Shown: positions 22,251 through 33,832 of the stretch, in pieces
How positions within the stretch are numbered: position 1 is the stretch's first letter
Layout of the letters: each line of letters begins with the position of its first letter
Assembly: GCF_004010195.1 (NCBI RefSeq)
Contig: NW_025215368.1
Coordinates: 68,601 to 107,062, forward strand
DNA length: 38,462 bases
Source of the DNA: Chiloscyllium plagiosum
Lineage: Eukaryota
Direction: 5' to 3'
Translations under genes and position numbers: made by a program
The notes under the pieces: model-generated
Told to the model about the DNA's origin: nothing
The model's database searches: none
Seen by the model: only the letters and a program-made list of their open reading frames with translations

Positions 22251-23254
22251 TGCGTCTTGATGTTTCCCCCTCCCTTCTCCAGAATTTGGTCCAGCTGACC
22301 GGACAATTGGGGAATCCTGCGTTATTTCTAAATTATGTAATGGACCTGTCGGGCACTGTTATGGAAACTAGGGAGCAGGGGACCAAGTTGGATGTTCAAC
22401 TGTCATTTTCTTGAATGGACGGAGCAAACTCAAAGGGCCAAATGACCAATGCGGTCCTTATATTAATGTGAACATTGAAAGATTTCCAGCAGCTGTTGCA
22501 TCCAGTTCCAAACAAACCACCCTGGTGCCATTATTTGGGGAACTAAACTCCAAAGGAAAGCCTAACACCCTGTATTTGTACAGCGGCATACTTCTGCCCT
22601 CGGAATTGGAATGTAGAGACTTTTCACAATGTGATGCCATGCCTCCCACCACTAAGCTGTGGAAGACCACTTTGCTGTCGGCTGGCCACTTCAGCAACTG
22701 CAGAGGACATGACACGGTTTTGGGTTCCACTCTCTGGGAGGTTCTGTGGATGCAGAAAATTGAAGATTATTTAATTGCAGTTCCCAAGGTAACTCTCTCT
22801 ACCTTCTCAGATTGAGCCAGTTGAACATTACTATTTATACACATTCGTGTAATACCCAGCGTTAATCATTTAGTCCTTACTGCATTCTTGGACAGTGTCG
22901 GCGAAAGTTGACATTGTGAACCCTGGAAGTTCTGTGAGATGTAATGATCTCTCCCGCCAACAGTGCTGCTAACAAGGAGGGTTTCCAGATTTTGGTTCCA
23001 ACAACACTGAGGGAAGGGTTGGTATTGTTGCCAATCGGGACGATGAGTGTCTGTGCGAATTGAAACGCAATGTGTAAGTGGTGTTACAACATTTGCCTTT
23101 GCTGCCTCTCGTGCTCCCAGACGAATGCGGTGATGGGTTTTAAATGTGATGTTTGACAAGGCTACAGTAGTTCTGCAAGTTGGTAAACATTGAACTTCAT
23201 GTGCCTCCGTGGTGGAGGAGAGTGTTTAATGCTAGGAGCTGCCCTTACCAAGTC

Positions 23255-23620
23255 AAGTGATGCTGAACATTGCATAATCATTGGCGAACATCCTCACATG
23301 TGAGATTCTGATTGAGGTCAGACCATTGATATTGCAGTTGAAGATGATTGGGCCTTGGACACTCCGTAGGAGCACCTACAGGAATGTGCCTGACCTGAGA
23401 AGACTGCCTCCATCAACCACAAAACTCTTCCTTTGTGCCAGATAGGTTTCCAAACAAAGGAGAGTTTACCTCCGGCACCCATAGACTTCAGCAATGTTAG
23501 GGCTCTTTGATATCACACTCGTTCAGAAGCTGCCTTGATGTCAAGAGAAGACATTATCACCTCACCATTGGAGTTGAGCTCTTATTTGAAACAAGACTGT
23601 TTTGAGGTGAGGTGTTGAAT
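23255..23620 (-). mobile_element. LINE (CR1/L2 group) RT fragment
   Basis: Minus strand gives GPIIFNCNINGL...VRMFANDY (compare GPxLFxxxINDL...FADD), and DIKAASER upstream. Confidence 0.65.
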
Positions 23621-24149
23621 GGTACTTGTCTCCAATCAAAATAGTGTTTGAGATTCTACATCACGGTAATTGGGCCGTCAGCCCATTGTGTCCCTGATAC
23701 CGTCTTGTCGAATCTCATTTCTCAGTTGTTCGCTCCTAGACTTGTACGCGATGGTTTTACACGTAGTTCTTCTGTCTCGGCCTTTTTCTCTTGGAGAGGA
23801 CAGTCCTCAACCACCTTCATCTCTTTTCATTCCCTATAGGTTCTCGTCCCTCTCCCAGCTTCTGGAAATCTCTTCAGTGCTCTATCTCTCCCTCTGTCTC
23901 TACCCCTCTCTGTCCACCGCTCTTCCTCAGGATCACTTGCTGTCATTCTGTTGCTGTCTCACATGTGCGCTTTGAACACCATCTGTTACCTCTCTATCTA
24001 GTTCTACAAATTGCGAAATGCATCTTTGCACTTTGAAACTCTCCACCTCACAATTCACAATTCTTTCAAAATTGAATTTGTCTCCTGAAGAGCGAGATCG
24101 ACGTGATTAATATGTAACACTAAGGAAAAAGCATGGGTCCCAGTACTAA

Positions 24150-24510
24150 CCTGTTAGAATACCGAATGGCCTGGACAGAGTAGACTTTGGGACGATGTTT
24201 CCATTGGTCGGAGAGACTAGGACTCAAGGGCACAGCCTCACACTAAGGGAATATCTTTTAGAACAGAGAAAAGGGAAACTATCTTTAATCAGAAAGAGTG
24301 ATGAATCGATGCAATTCATTGCCACAGAGGCTATGGAGGCCAGGTCATTAGGTACATTTGAGACTGGGATAGATAGGCTCTTGTGGACCAAGAGGATCAA
24401 GGGTTAAAGAGAGAAAAATTGAGAATCTTAGCAGTCATGATTGAATGGTGGAGCCGACGAGATGGGCTGACTGGCCAAAATTCTGCTCCTTAGTCTTATG
24501 TTCTTATGGT
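24150..24510 (+). mobile_element. CR1 3' fragment
   Basis: ORF 24195 MFPLVGETRTQGHSL...FETGIDRLL, ending in a TCTTATGTTCTTATG tail. Confidence 0.8.
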
Positions 24511-24754
24511 CTAAAATCCTGGTGAGCTCCACTGCAAGTTTTCTCCTTTCCCTGAAAAAAAAACTGACCATGACTGCCTGTTTCCTATCTCTCATTCAAT
24601 TGTTTATATTTGTATTTGACTTGGGGTTCCTCCTCCCAATATCTGGATGCAAGACCTCCTGTCACCTCCCTTTTAAGTACACTGCAACTTACTTAAACTA
24701 TGCTCTTGATTGTAGGTTCCGTCTACACCATCTCCAACAAACTCTCCGAGGGCA

Positions 24755-25095
24755 ACTACAGCAGTGTTAGACAAAGAACAAAACCCTCTCTACTCCCCAA
24801 CAAAAATTAACAGGATAGAGACAGTACAGGATTAGATACAGAGTAAAACTCTCTCCATACCGTCCACCAGAAAACACTCCCAGGACAGGCACAGTATGTG
24901 GTTTCAGATTAAATCTTTCCCAACAATGTCCCAATTAATCACTTCCAGGTTCGGGATAGCAGGGGATAATATACACTGTTATTGGCGAGTACTCCAACTC
25001 ACTGCCCCCAATTGGTTCCATACGGTGTAAAAATGCAATTATATTGTCCTTATCACTGTCAGGACGGGAACAGCAAGGGATTAGATACAGAGACA
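24755..25095 (+). repeat. Degenerate ~70-bp minisatellite, about 4-5 units
   Basis: Recurrent GATTAGATACAGAG (24831, 25079), GTTAGAC (24766) and CAGGA/CAGG..ACAG motifs at about 65-70 bp spacing. Confidence 0.6.
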
Positions 25096-25719
25096 GTGAC
25101 ATTCGATGATTGTATAAACACTAATACTTGGATTCCGTGCTTTTAATTCTTGACTGTTGCAAAGCACCAATCCGTTATTATTCCCAAGTTCAACCTGGTC
25201 ATTCAACACTATTGTGAATTTGCTTGTAATCTCCCAGAGCAGTATGAAATTTGAGCATTCAAATATTTCAAATCTGTGCATGATGTAAATTCAGAAATGC
25301 CCAGCCATTCAATATAACTAACTTCAGATCCCAGAACGTTAACCGGCTTAATAGATCGCACCTTGAATATTTCCAGTGATTCCATGTGGTGGTTAGTCAC
25401 TAAAACAAGTTTAAACAAAGCCGCTGATGTCATTTAAAAGCAGAATATAAGTTCATTACATGGAAAAAAGAAAGAAGCTAGAGACGTTGGTTTGAAACAT
25501 ATGAACATTAGCATGGAAATAAGCCTTCAAACTATTTATCAGTACTATGCATGACTGATACTTAAGCCCAGAGCAATAATATTCCCATCTCATCGCCTGG
25601 TCGACACTTTGCAGCTTCATTCTTTTGGACAGTTAAGACGGATATGTTTGGGATTCGTTACTGATTCCTCTGAAATACCATCCCTAATTCTAGTGGATCA
25701 CACATTTCGAGAAATGGAA

Positions 25720-25865
25720 ATAGATTGAGGGATAGATAGATGAATACATACATAGAGAGATAGATATGTGGACGGACAGAGAGATCGGTAGATAGAAAGA
25801 TGGATTAATAAAAGAATCGGTAGACAGATGGATTAACAAAAGAGTCGGTAGACAGACAGACAGGC
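25720..25865. repeat. Degenerate (GATA)/(GACA) tract
   Basis: GATAGATAGAT, GTAGATAG and GACAGACAGACAG. Confidence 0.7.
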
Positions 25866-26443
25866 AGCGGGTTGGACAGATTGCACTCTGGCTTCAAATG
25901 AGAGCATATCCTGCAGCAAGCAAGCCCCCTTTGGATTCCCTCAAACGTTGTTCCCAATATATAGTGGCGATAAATGATGGAGAAGCAACGCCTCACAAGT
26001 CTATCTTCACATTTTAGAAGAAATCAACATCAGACTGAAGAACTGGTGTCACAAACAGAACATTTCACTCACTTCGACCTTAACAGTCAGTAATTAAAGT
26101 GAGTTCCTTTCCGGTACATTGCCAAAATTTACAAGAGTTGACCGATCCGAACTCCAGTGTATAATCCCTCCATTGACCAGCACAATATTCAGTAATCTTC
26201 CGTCGCTGGGTAGACACAGCCCTGATGACTTCTGACTCATGACTACATATGATTCGTCAATGTATGACAGAGTTCCCAACCTCCTTCTAACCCAACGGCA
26301 CCCGCACCATTGTACTTACTGCGCCAGATTATCAGTGAGTGACCACACTGGGTGTTAGTAGATGCCCATCATAGGACCCATGGGAATTGCTTGTTGGTCA
26401 TTATTGGATCCACTGTTGAGTTCTAATCTGGACTCTATCAGTC

Positions 26444-27345
26444 CTAGCAAAGTTTAATTAAGTTAGCTGCAAGACTGAAGGGATATGTTGCTACATTTTT
26501 GAATTGTCCTCGAAACCTAGCTTGTGTTATGGCGTAGATGCCAGTGTTTGTGCAGCAACTCAGAAGTTGGAGGATGAAGCCTAAATCTATAAAATATGCA
26601 GGTACATAGGTATGGACACCCAGATCATCAAATCGCTGAAGTATAGATATCACTGTAAACACTGCCCACAACAGGATGAAATTGCCAGAAATAGCAAACA
26701 GTAAAATAATAGATTTCCTTCGATTCTCCATCTCAGTGTCTCTGGGTCTCTCCTTATTGCTGTGAGCCCGGAGTCTTTTGCGGGCATTGCTGCTCACTAA
26801 AATGTGTCTGACAGTGAAAACGTTGAGCTGCAGGATCAGTGCAAATGGGAGGCAGGGTGTGATAATGTAGTTAACAACTTCAATTGCAGCCCATAATGTC
26901 AAATTAGTATCATCCAGATTCAGACCACAAAACACCGGATCATTCAGGAAACGATACCTATTGTTGTACATAAAATACCAGATGATGTTCTTTAAACAGC
27001 TCAGGACAGTCACTGTTCCCAGAACCACAGCTGCTGTTTTCTCACGACAATATTTAGGTTTCAGCTTTTGGTAGCAAATGGCCACAAACCGATCGAAGGT
27101 GAATGCGACAGTGAACCAGACAGAGCAGTCTGTGACTGCATAAAGCAGCACAGCGTGAATGTTACACACATCCAGATACTCCAGAAAAATAAAATGTTCT
27201 GGAAAAAGAATGGGAATATGCCTCAATATCAAGTCGAGGAGCACCACCAGCAGATCTGCCATTGCCATAGTCACGAGGTAGCAAGTGACACATCCAGCGA
27301 GTCCACACTTTCCCCGGGAAAGTATCGCAATCGTTATTACATTAA
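26444..27345 (-). CDS. GPR139/GPR142-like class A GPCR, exon 2 of 2 (end of TM1 to C-terminus)
   Basis: Uninterrupted ORF with MAMADLL (TM2), TDCSVWFTVAFTFDRFVAIC (TM3), KNIIW (TM4), TPCLPF (TM5), FILLW (TM6), SCCTNTGIY (TM7) and FR helix 8. Acceptor TGTTTACTTTCTCAG has its AG at 27347-27346. Not assigned as the GPR139 ortholog. Confidence 0.92.
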
Positions 27346-27399
27346 CTGAGAAAGTAAACACGGTTGTTATATAACATGATATCTACGACAGGTAACAAA

Positions 27400-28390
27400 A
27401 CATTCAGCATTCACTCCCTCCACGACTGACACACAGTCGCAGCAGTGACCATGTAAACGTCACACTGCCATTTCCTCCAGCAGCATCTTTCCAATCGATG
27501 ATCGCAGTTGCATGCATGAAAAAAGGGAGTAGACACATTAAACTCTGAACCCCATACGTTCCAAATGAGTCACACACATACAATTGAGACTGAAATGAAA
27601 GTGGCCATTCATTCAGTGTCGCTGCATCAAAATGCAGGAATCCCATTACAAATGGCACTGCGGGTCCCCGTTCCCAGAGGTAATGCAACATTCAAAGAAC
27701 GAAGCTCATCATCACTTTTCCTTGGACTATTCTAAACGTGGGGACTGTACATGAAGGCTTGGGTGCATCTGAATTGGTTGGCCACCAATATCCGGCGCAT
27801 AAGTTTGCCAGCACTCTTCAGAAGGTATTAAACTGGATTGGCGGGGTGATGGGAACTGGAGCTGCAGATCCGATGACGGAGAAGGTAGTGAACAGTCAGA
27901 TACAGAGTGTATAGAGGTTGTGAAGAGGGATAAGAATAAACAGCAGGAGAATCGACGTTTCAGGCCAGAGCACTTAATCAGGAGTGCTCATTTCATGTCT
28001 TCGTGAGAAGCATGTCATGCCTCAGAAAACTTATTCAATTATTTTGGGGATATGATAAAACACATAAATGTATGTTGAAAAGTGCATGTGATGTCCATGG
28101 GCTTTAGCAAGACGTTTGATAACGTTCCCCACGGTAGGCTCTTTGAGAAAGTTAGCAGGCATAGAATACAGGGAAATCTGCCTGTCTTTGTACAGGATTG
28201 GCTGGCCCACAGAAGCCAGGGGATCTTAGTAGGTGGAAATTATTCAGCCTTGGAGTTTGGTGACAAGTGGTCTGCCACAGGGATTGGTTCTGGGACCTCT
28301 GTTCTTTGTGATTTTTATAAATGACTTAGATGAATAAGTGAAAGGTCGAGTTAGTACGTTTGCCATAGTACGTCTGACATAGGGTTACAA
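27400..28390 (+). mobile_element. Mosaic of TE fragments in the GPCR intron: L2/CR1-type 3' end (27400-27720), CR1 ORF1 end (27720-27930), Penelope piece (27938-27985), CR1 RT (27990-28390)
   Basis: ORF 28082 gives MGFSKTFDNVPHGRLFEKV. CAGCAGGAGAATCGACGTTTC matches 7910-7931. The other pieces match recalled consensus only. Confidence 0.65.
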
Positions 28391-28534
28391 TTCACCATAC
28401 ACAACAAAGGAGTGAGGAGGAACTAATAACACATATACAGGAAAAGAAAGACTAAGTCGGAGGACAGAAGGCAGCATTCAATTCGGGAGAATAAGAAAGA
28501 TTTTAGAGAATCGATGACAGGGTTTAAAACTTAC

Positions 28535-28646
28535 GTGGGACACGAACAGCAGCAAGTAGTGGGAAGTAGATCCTCTCTACCTCTTGAAATATATCCTGTA
28601 TGATGATCGCCTCCCCATAGAATGAAACTAGATCAGCCAAAATCAT
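28535..28646 (-). CDS. GPR139/GPR142-like GPCR, exon 1 of 2 (N-terminus and most of TM1)
   Basis: ATG at 28646-28644 with A at -3. Encodes MILADLVSFYGEAIIIQDIFQEVERIYFPLLAAVRVP plus 1 nt, then a perfect GTAAGT donor (28534-28529). Phase 1 matches exon 2 (C|TT = Leu). 112+902 = 1014 nt = 337 aa + stop. Confidence 0.88.
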
Positions 28647-28900
28647 GATGCCTCTGCTGTCGATGGGTGAAGGGTAATTCTGCAGAGTTCAGTCAGCACA
28701 AGTTGACGTCAGCGAAGGGAAATCCTAAATAGAGCAGAGAGGACAATCCCTGCGAGACAATGTTCTGTTTTTTTTTCTGAGCTGGCGTTAATTCATCGTG
28801 AACACCTGAGCTCTGTTAATGGAGTTGTTTACTGCGTTTACAGTCACTGGGCAAATGATTTCAATTAACGCCCTTTCAGTTCAAGGATTTCCATGGAAAC
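28647..28900 (-). promoter_or_regulatory. Candidate 5' UTR and proximal promoter of the GPCR
   Basis: Non-repeat sequence directly upstream of the ATG, with TGACGTCA (28704-28711), TATTTA on the minus strand (28731-28726) and the palindrome TTTCCATGGAAA (28888-28899). Confidence 0.35.
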
Positions 28901-29109
28901 AAAATTCAGTGATGAAAGTATTTTCTGAGTGTTACAGTGTGCTCAAGGCACTGTTTCAACCAATTTGAGAGTGGAAGACAGCTCTGTCGGTGCACAATGG
29001 ATTATATATGCGTATGCTGCTGGGAGGCCTATGTGCAGAGGAGTTGACGCCAATGGTTGTGGATGCATTAGAAAAATAATTAGATCTTTGCCTAGCAGCA
29101 TGCTTAGTT

Positions 29110-29750
29110 ATTGAATTAGAGTCATTCGGATCTACAGCACTGAAAACGACCTTACTGCCCATAACTTTTAGAATCACCAAAAACAGCAAATGAACTTGTT
29201 GCCTTCCATTTTCCAGCAAATGTTCACGTAGCCTACCATACCTTGACATTGTAAGTATACTTCTCAATATTTCTTAAATGCTTTGATGGTTACTGCCAAT
29301 AACAATCTTAGAAGTCGTGACTTCCAGATTCCCACCAGACTCTGGGGTTGTAACGTTTTTGCCTCACATCTCCTTAGAACCTTCTTGCTTTCACCTTAAA
29401 TTCATGTTCCCGTGGAAAGTGATACCTCCACACAAGGGAACCATCTCTTCGGTCCATATCTTTTTAACATCTCAAACGCCTCCTCTCTCAATCTACTCTG
29501 CTCTAAGCTATAGAACGTCAGGTTTTCCAGTCTCTCTTCATGACTAAATCTCTTCAGTTGAGAAAGCATCTTTTTAAATATGTCCAGTAACATCTTAGTA
29601 AATCTCCTCTGCGTCCTCTTCAGTGAAATAGCGTCCTTCCTTTAATGTGGATTCCAGATGTGCACGCAATACCTAGCTGTGGCCTAGACAACGTTTAAAG
29701 TAATTTCGCCTTCATGCACTTGCTGTTGAAATCTGTACATCGACTAATAC
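29110..29750 (-). mobile_element. Old CR1 3' remnant
   Basis: ORF 29402-29593 FSHEERLENLTFYSLEQSRLR, plus minus-strand RPQLGIACTSG. Confidence 0.7.
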
Positions 29751-29809
29751 TCAACAAGACTCCAATTTCTACCATCTAAGAGTTTACTATTATGGCAATG
29801 CTATGGCTG

Positions 29810-30605
29810 GTAATCGTATCCAACCGTTCAAAACCTTGGTGCAGCTGCATGTGGAGTACTACATACAGTTCTTGCCGCTACAATATAGGAAGGATGTGGA
29901 AGCATTGGAATAGTTGCAGAGAAGATTTACCAGGATGTTTCCTGGTATGGAGGGAAGGTCTGATGAGGAAAGGCTGAGCGACGTGAGGCTGTTTTCATTC
30001 GAGAGAAGGATGAGAGGTGACTTAATACAGACATACAAGATGATAAGATGATTAGATATGACAGACATTGAAAACCCTATTCCTCGCATGGTGATGGCTA
30101 TCACCTGGGTACCAACTTTTACTATGAGGGATGCTAAATACAGAACAGATGTCAGAGGTAGATTGTTTACTCAGAGAGTAGTAAAGACGTGCAACGGCCT
30201 GCCTGCAATAGTAAAGTGCACTCACTAATCGTAAGTGCATTTAAATGGTTATTGGATAAACATATGATAATGGTGGAAGTGGATACTGCAGATGCTGGAG
30301 ATGAGAGTCAAGATTGGAGTGGTGCTTGTAAATCACAGCTGTCAGGCAGCATCTGAGGCTTTTGCCCGAAATGTCGATTTTCCAGCTCATTCCTGGTGAA
30401 GGGCTTTTGTCCGAAACGTCGACTTTTCTGCTCCTCGGATACTGCCTGTCCTGCTGTGCATTTCCAGCACAACTCTGACATCAATGATAATGGAATAGTT
30501 TCGGATCTTTGGGTTTGAGCTTGGTTTCCTAGTTCTGTGCAACATCGAGGGCCACATTGGCCTGTACTGCGCTGCAATGTTCGATGTTCTATCTTCTATG
30601 TTCTA
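29810..30605 (+). mobile_element. CR1 3' fragment (subfamily of 1-835) interrupted by a Penelope-derived insert
   Basis: RKDVEALE...RFTRMFPG, LFSFERRMRGDLI and TDVRGRLFTQRVV. Resumes at 30494 and ends GCAACATCGAGGGCC...GGCCTGTACTGCGCTG...TTCTATGTTCT. Confidence 0.9.
30274..30483. mobile_element. Quasi-palindromic Penelope-derived insert with a 10-bp flanking duplication
   Basis: ATGATAATGG at 30264-30273 and 30484-30493. Left arm TCAGGCAGCATCTGAGG is inverted to right arm CCTCGGATACTGCCTGT. Confidence 0.8.
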
Positions 30606-30954
30606 ATGGTCGGGACTGAGTAGTCACACATTGAAAATTAAAGAGAAAAATGTGGAATTTTCCTCCATGTCATTCCAGACAGAACATTTGAAAAAAAAAA
30701 CGAATGAGGCCATTATCGAAAACAGATGAAGTTGACATATGAACCTGACAAAACGTGCCCTTCACTGTCAAAGGATTCACTCCGAGGCATGACGATGCAA
30801 AATCGAACCGAGTGCGAGGAAACTCGTGAGGCAGAGATGCAAATGGGACAAGCAGCGCAAAGTGAGATTAAATCTGAAGGCGTTTGCAATTTAATTTTGA
30901 AAGGTGAGGATTTGAATTCAATACGATGTCTGAACCTCTCAGAGAGACCGAAAA

Positions 30955-31430
30955 GGGGGGTCGGCAACATCTGTGAAGAGACAAACAGAGTGAACTTTTC
31001 CGATCCAGTGGCCCTTATCAGATGTTTAAACATTTTAGAAAAGTGACACTTATGATGTTTACTAGGAGGGGGAAAGAAGCTGAGGATTACTGTGGAGAGC
31101 GTGTGGGGAGGAGGAACTGATCTGTGTAGCAGGAACTGAACAAGACAGAGACAGAGAGACAGGGAGAGAGAGAACGAGAGAGAGTGAGATGAATGAAAGG
31201 ACAAACATAAATAAACCAATGTTCATAGTAAACCAGGAAAGAGCAAAATCTAGAAGTTTGGTCACGGGAAATAGTATGTCAGTGAAAATGGGTTGCATTT
31301 GAGGAAGGCAACACATTTCATGAATGATCTGGGGTCGGAACGTGGCAAAGCAAAAGGAAGGGAATATTCATGGTCTGAAATTGGTGAATTGAGTCGACGA
31401 GGCTGTAATGTGTCCAACTGAAAGACTATT
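30955..31430 (-). mobile_element. Penelope-like 3' remnant with a GA-rich segment
   Basis: Minus strand VFQLDTLQP (about 31425-31400), GA-rich tract 31140-31190 and a terminal-repeat fragment at 30960-31025. Confidence 0.55.
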
Positions 31431-33832
31431 TATAGATGGACCAGCAACCTAGACTGCGTACAAAATAATGAACTATGTGTAACCAGCTGCCAATGGTACC
31501 TATCGGGGCTCTTGGTCGGCTGAACAGCTTGTGGGTGTGCATGGTAGTGGGAGGGGTCTTTGGACATCAGGAAGTACCAGATGCTGTGCCATTCCTTCCC
31601 CTACACTGTCTAAATCCCTGCAGAAATGTGATTTATGTTCCCGCACTAGCAGCTTTACCTGTAGCCTTTAACTAGTGAATCAGATACATTGCACGGTCTG
31701 TATTGGTTGCACTGTGAATCCTGCAATGAGGTGAGTGCAACCTGATGGAGAGAGATGAAGGAAAGGAAGCCCTCACAAACAATAGAATTCCAACTTATAT
31801 GCCGTTTATGTGTCATCAGGAAAGAGTGCTATATAACAATAAAATCTTTGGCACTAAAATGTCCGAAACAGTCAAAAACAAGTAATAAACTATTCTCATT
31901 CCATATTCTAGCAGTTGTATCGTAGTCTTTGATGATTTGGCATTGCAAGCGCACTTCCTTTTTCAAAAATATGGAAATTTTTAACTCTCTCACACTATCC
32001 AGCCAATGTCACCGAATCGCAGAATCAGACCGTCTGGAACAGGTTTTGCAACCCATTAAGTCTGCACGTGACTTGAAATTTCATTGCCACACATTCAGCG
32101 TCTCTGCCTGGAACGTCTTCCTGAAAGCAATTGCGTGTGTGGGCGTAGAGCACATGGACTGCACCCGGTCAGAGGGCACAAACCCATAGAAAGGCGCTCA
32201 CTCATTGAAGGCAGATATAAGAACGAATTCCAACGCTCACGGTCGAGTGAATCTGATTAAATCCTTACCGCTGAGGGATGTCGAGGCTGAGCTTGACAGG
32301 TTTTAAATGAGGAAGGGAACCTATGTTTATGGGGAAAGACAGGAAAGTCGTGTTGGGGAGTGGGTATTAGAGACAAACCTATAACATCCTAAGAGGACAG
32401 TCACAGACAATGCAAGAAGTATGTTCCTGTAGATCGGAGTAGTACAGAACTGGGTGGTTGTGATGTCCACAGACTACGGAAAAGTGGTAGACCTAGAGGA
32501 GGAGAAATTTGTTCCTCCAGAAAAGTGTGACAAGATTGTAGAATTGTCTGCCACAAAAAGGGGGCGAGGTCAAACCGTCCAATTTTTTCCAGGAGGGTAT
32601 GATGAAGTTGCAAAGGGATTGGTGACAATGGGAGCGATCTGCTGAAATCTGATTGAATAGACGGAACAGTTCCTCGGATCGACTACCTTTCCCGGTCTCC
32701 TATTTACGTTGTGAACTTCGACTTTTTATCGAGAAATCGGAGAATCAAAAACTAAACTCTAAGGAAAACGTTTATTTGTAAACCATCGCCCCTCCATTGT
32801 CAGAACAGGGGTGAGGAGATTACTCAGAATGTGCTTGCATCGCTGAACTTGGGAAGCCCTCGTTGCTCTCAGCTGACCCATTGTTTGGTTGAGGCGGCGG
32901 ATAATGCAAGGGACTTGGAGGGGGTTCAGGTCCCACTTCCTGAGTGGTTTCATGAATGGAGACAATTGGAGAAGAAATTGCCACAGCAGAATGCTCAAGT
33001 GGAAATATCGCATGATTCCTGGAACGTGATCGTTCGACACTATTTTCAATTCAATCATGATGCATAGGTACCACAGATGATGCCCAGCATTTATCGCCAG
33101 ACTCTAATCACCACAGCAGCAGAGGAAATGGAAATGAGTCATCTTCTTGAAATACTGCGTGTCCCACGTGGAGTGGGGACACTGTCGTGAGCGAGGCTTT
33201 GGTCCCGGCGGCACTGAATGAGCGGCCGCTATCATTCTTAATTGGGATGGTCCGTGTTTATGGGCGGCCCCACCTCACGCCCACGCTCTCATTTTCTGCT
33301 ACCACTTGTCATTCCAGTAGTGTCTGTAGAAGGTAAAGTCGGAGAAGGCTGCAATGTCTTCTTGTCGCTGTTATAACCTGCTGCAACTGTGCCTTGTTGG
33401 TGGAGTGAATGTCAGTGGGGGCTGTTGTCATTTTGATAAAACGTTGGAGGAGAGGTGTAAGATGGAAAACTGCTATATCCCTGCATGGTGTCAAATCTGT
33501 GTCCATTGAGTCCACGTTATGAACAATTCATTACCCATCTATTGACCTGCAGTTGTCTGTGTCTGACATTACGCTTGTTAGTCCAAGTACATCAAAAATC
33601 ATAGGACGCCATTCGATCAATGGAACCTGCAATGGTTCCCTCCTCCAGTGCCAATCCAAGGAGTTTCCCCCTGATCACTGCAGTCCATTTCTAATAATCA
33701 TCAAAATCCCCTCTTGAATTTGTCTCCACCACATTGCCAGAGAGTAAATTCCAGACCCTAGCTACACGCTGTGTAAGAAAGCTTTTCCTCACATCACCGT
33801 TGGTTAACTTACACATCACTTTCAATCGAGAT

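Noticed and set aside
22411..22815. 134-aa ORF with a weak RTE-RT-like phrase (STLWEVL)
   Set aside because: Too little similarity to call, and no splice or start support.
24755..25095. CRISPR-like repeat-spacer array
   Set aside because: Units are degenerate tandem copies without unique spacers, the context is vertebrate, and there are no cas genes.
19054..26400. Search for an exon 1 belonging to the truncated receptor
   Set aside because: No minus-strand Y-[YF]-P...VP|GT exon was found by eye between the two genes.
27346..27361. ORF-track start (MFTFSV) for the intact GPCR
   Set aside because: It is a non-ATG start inside the polypyrimidine tract and acceptor. The real start is in exon 1 at 28646.
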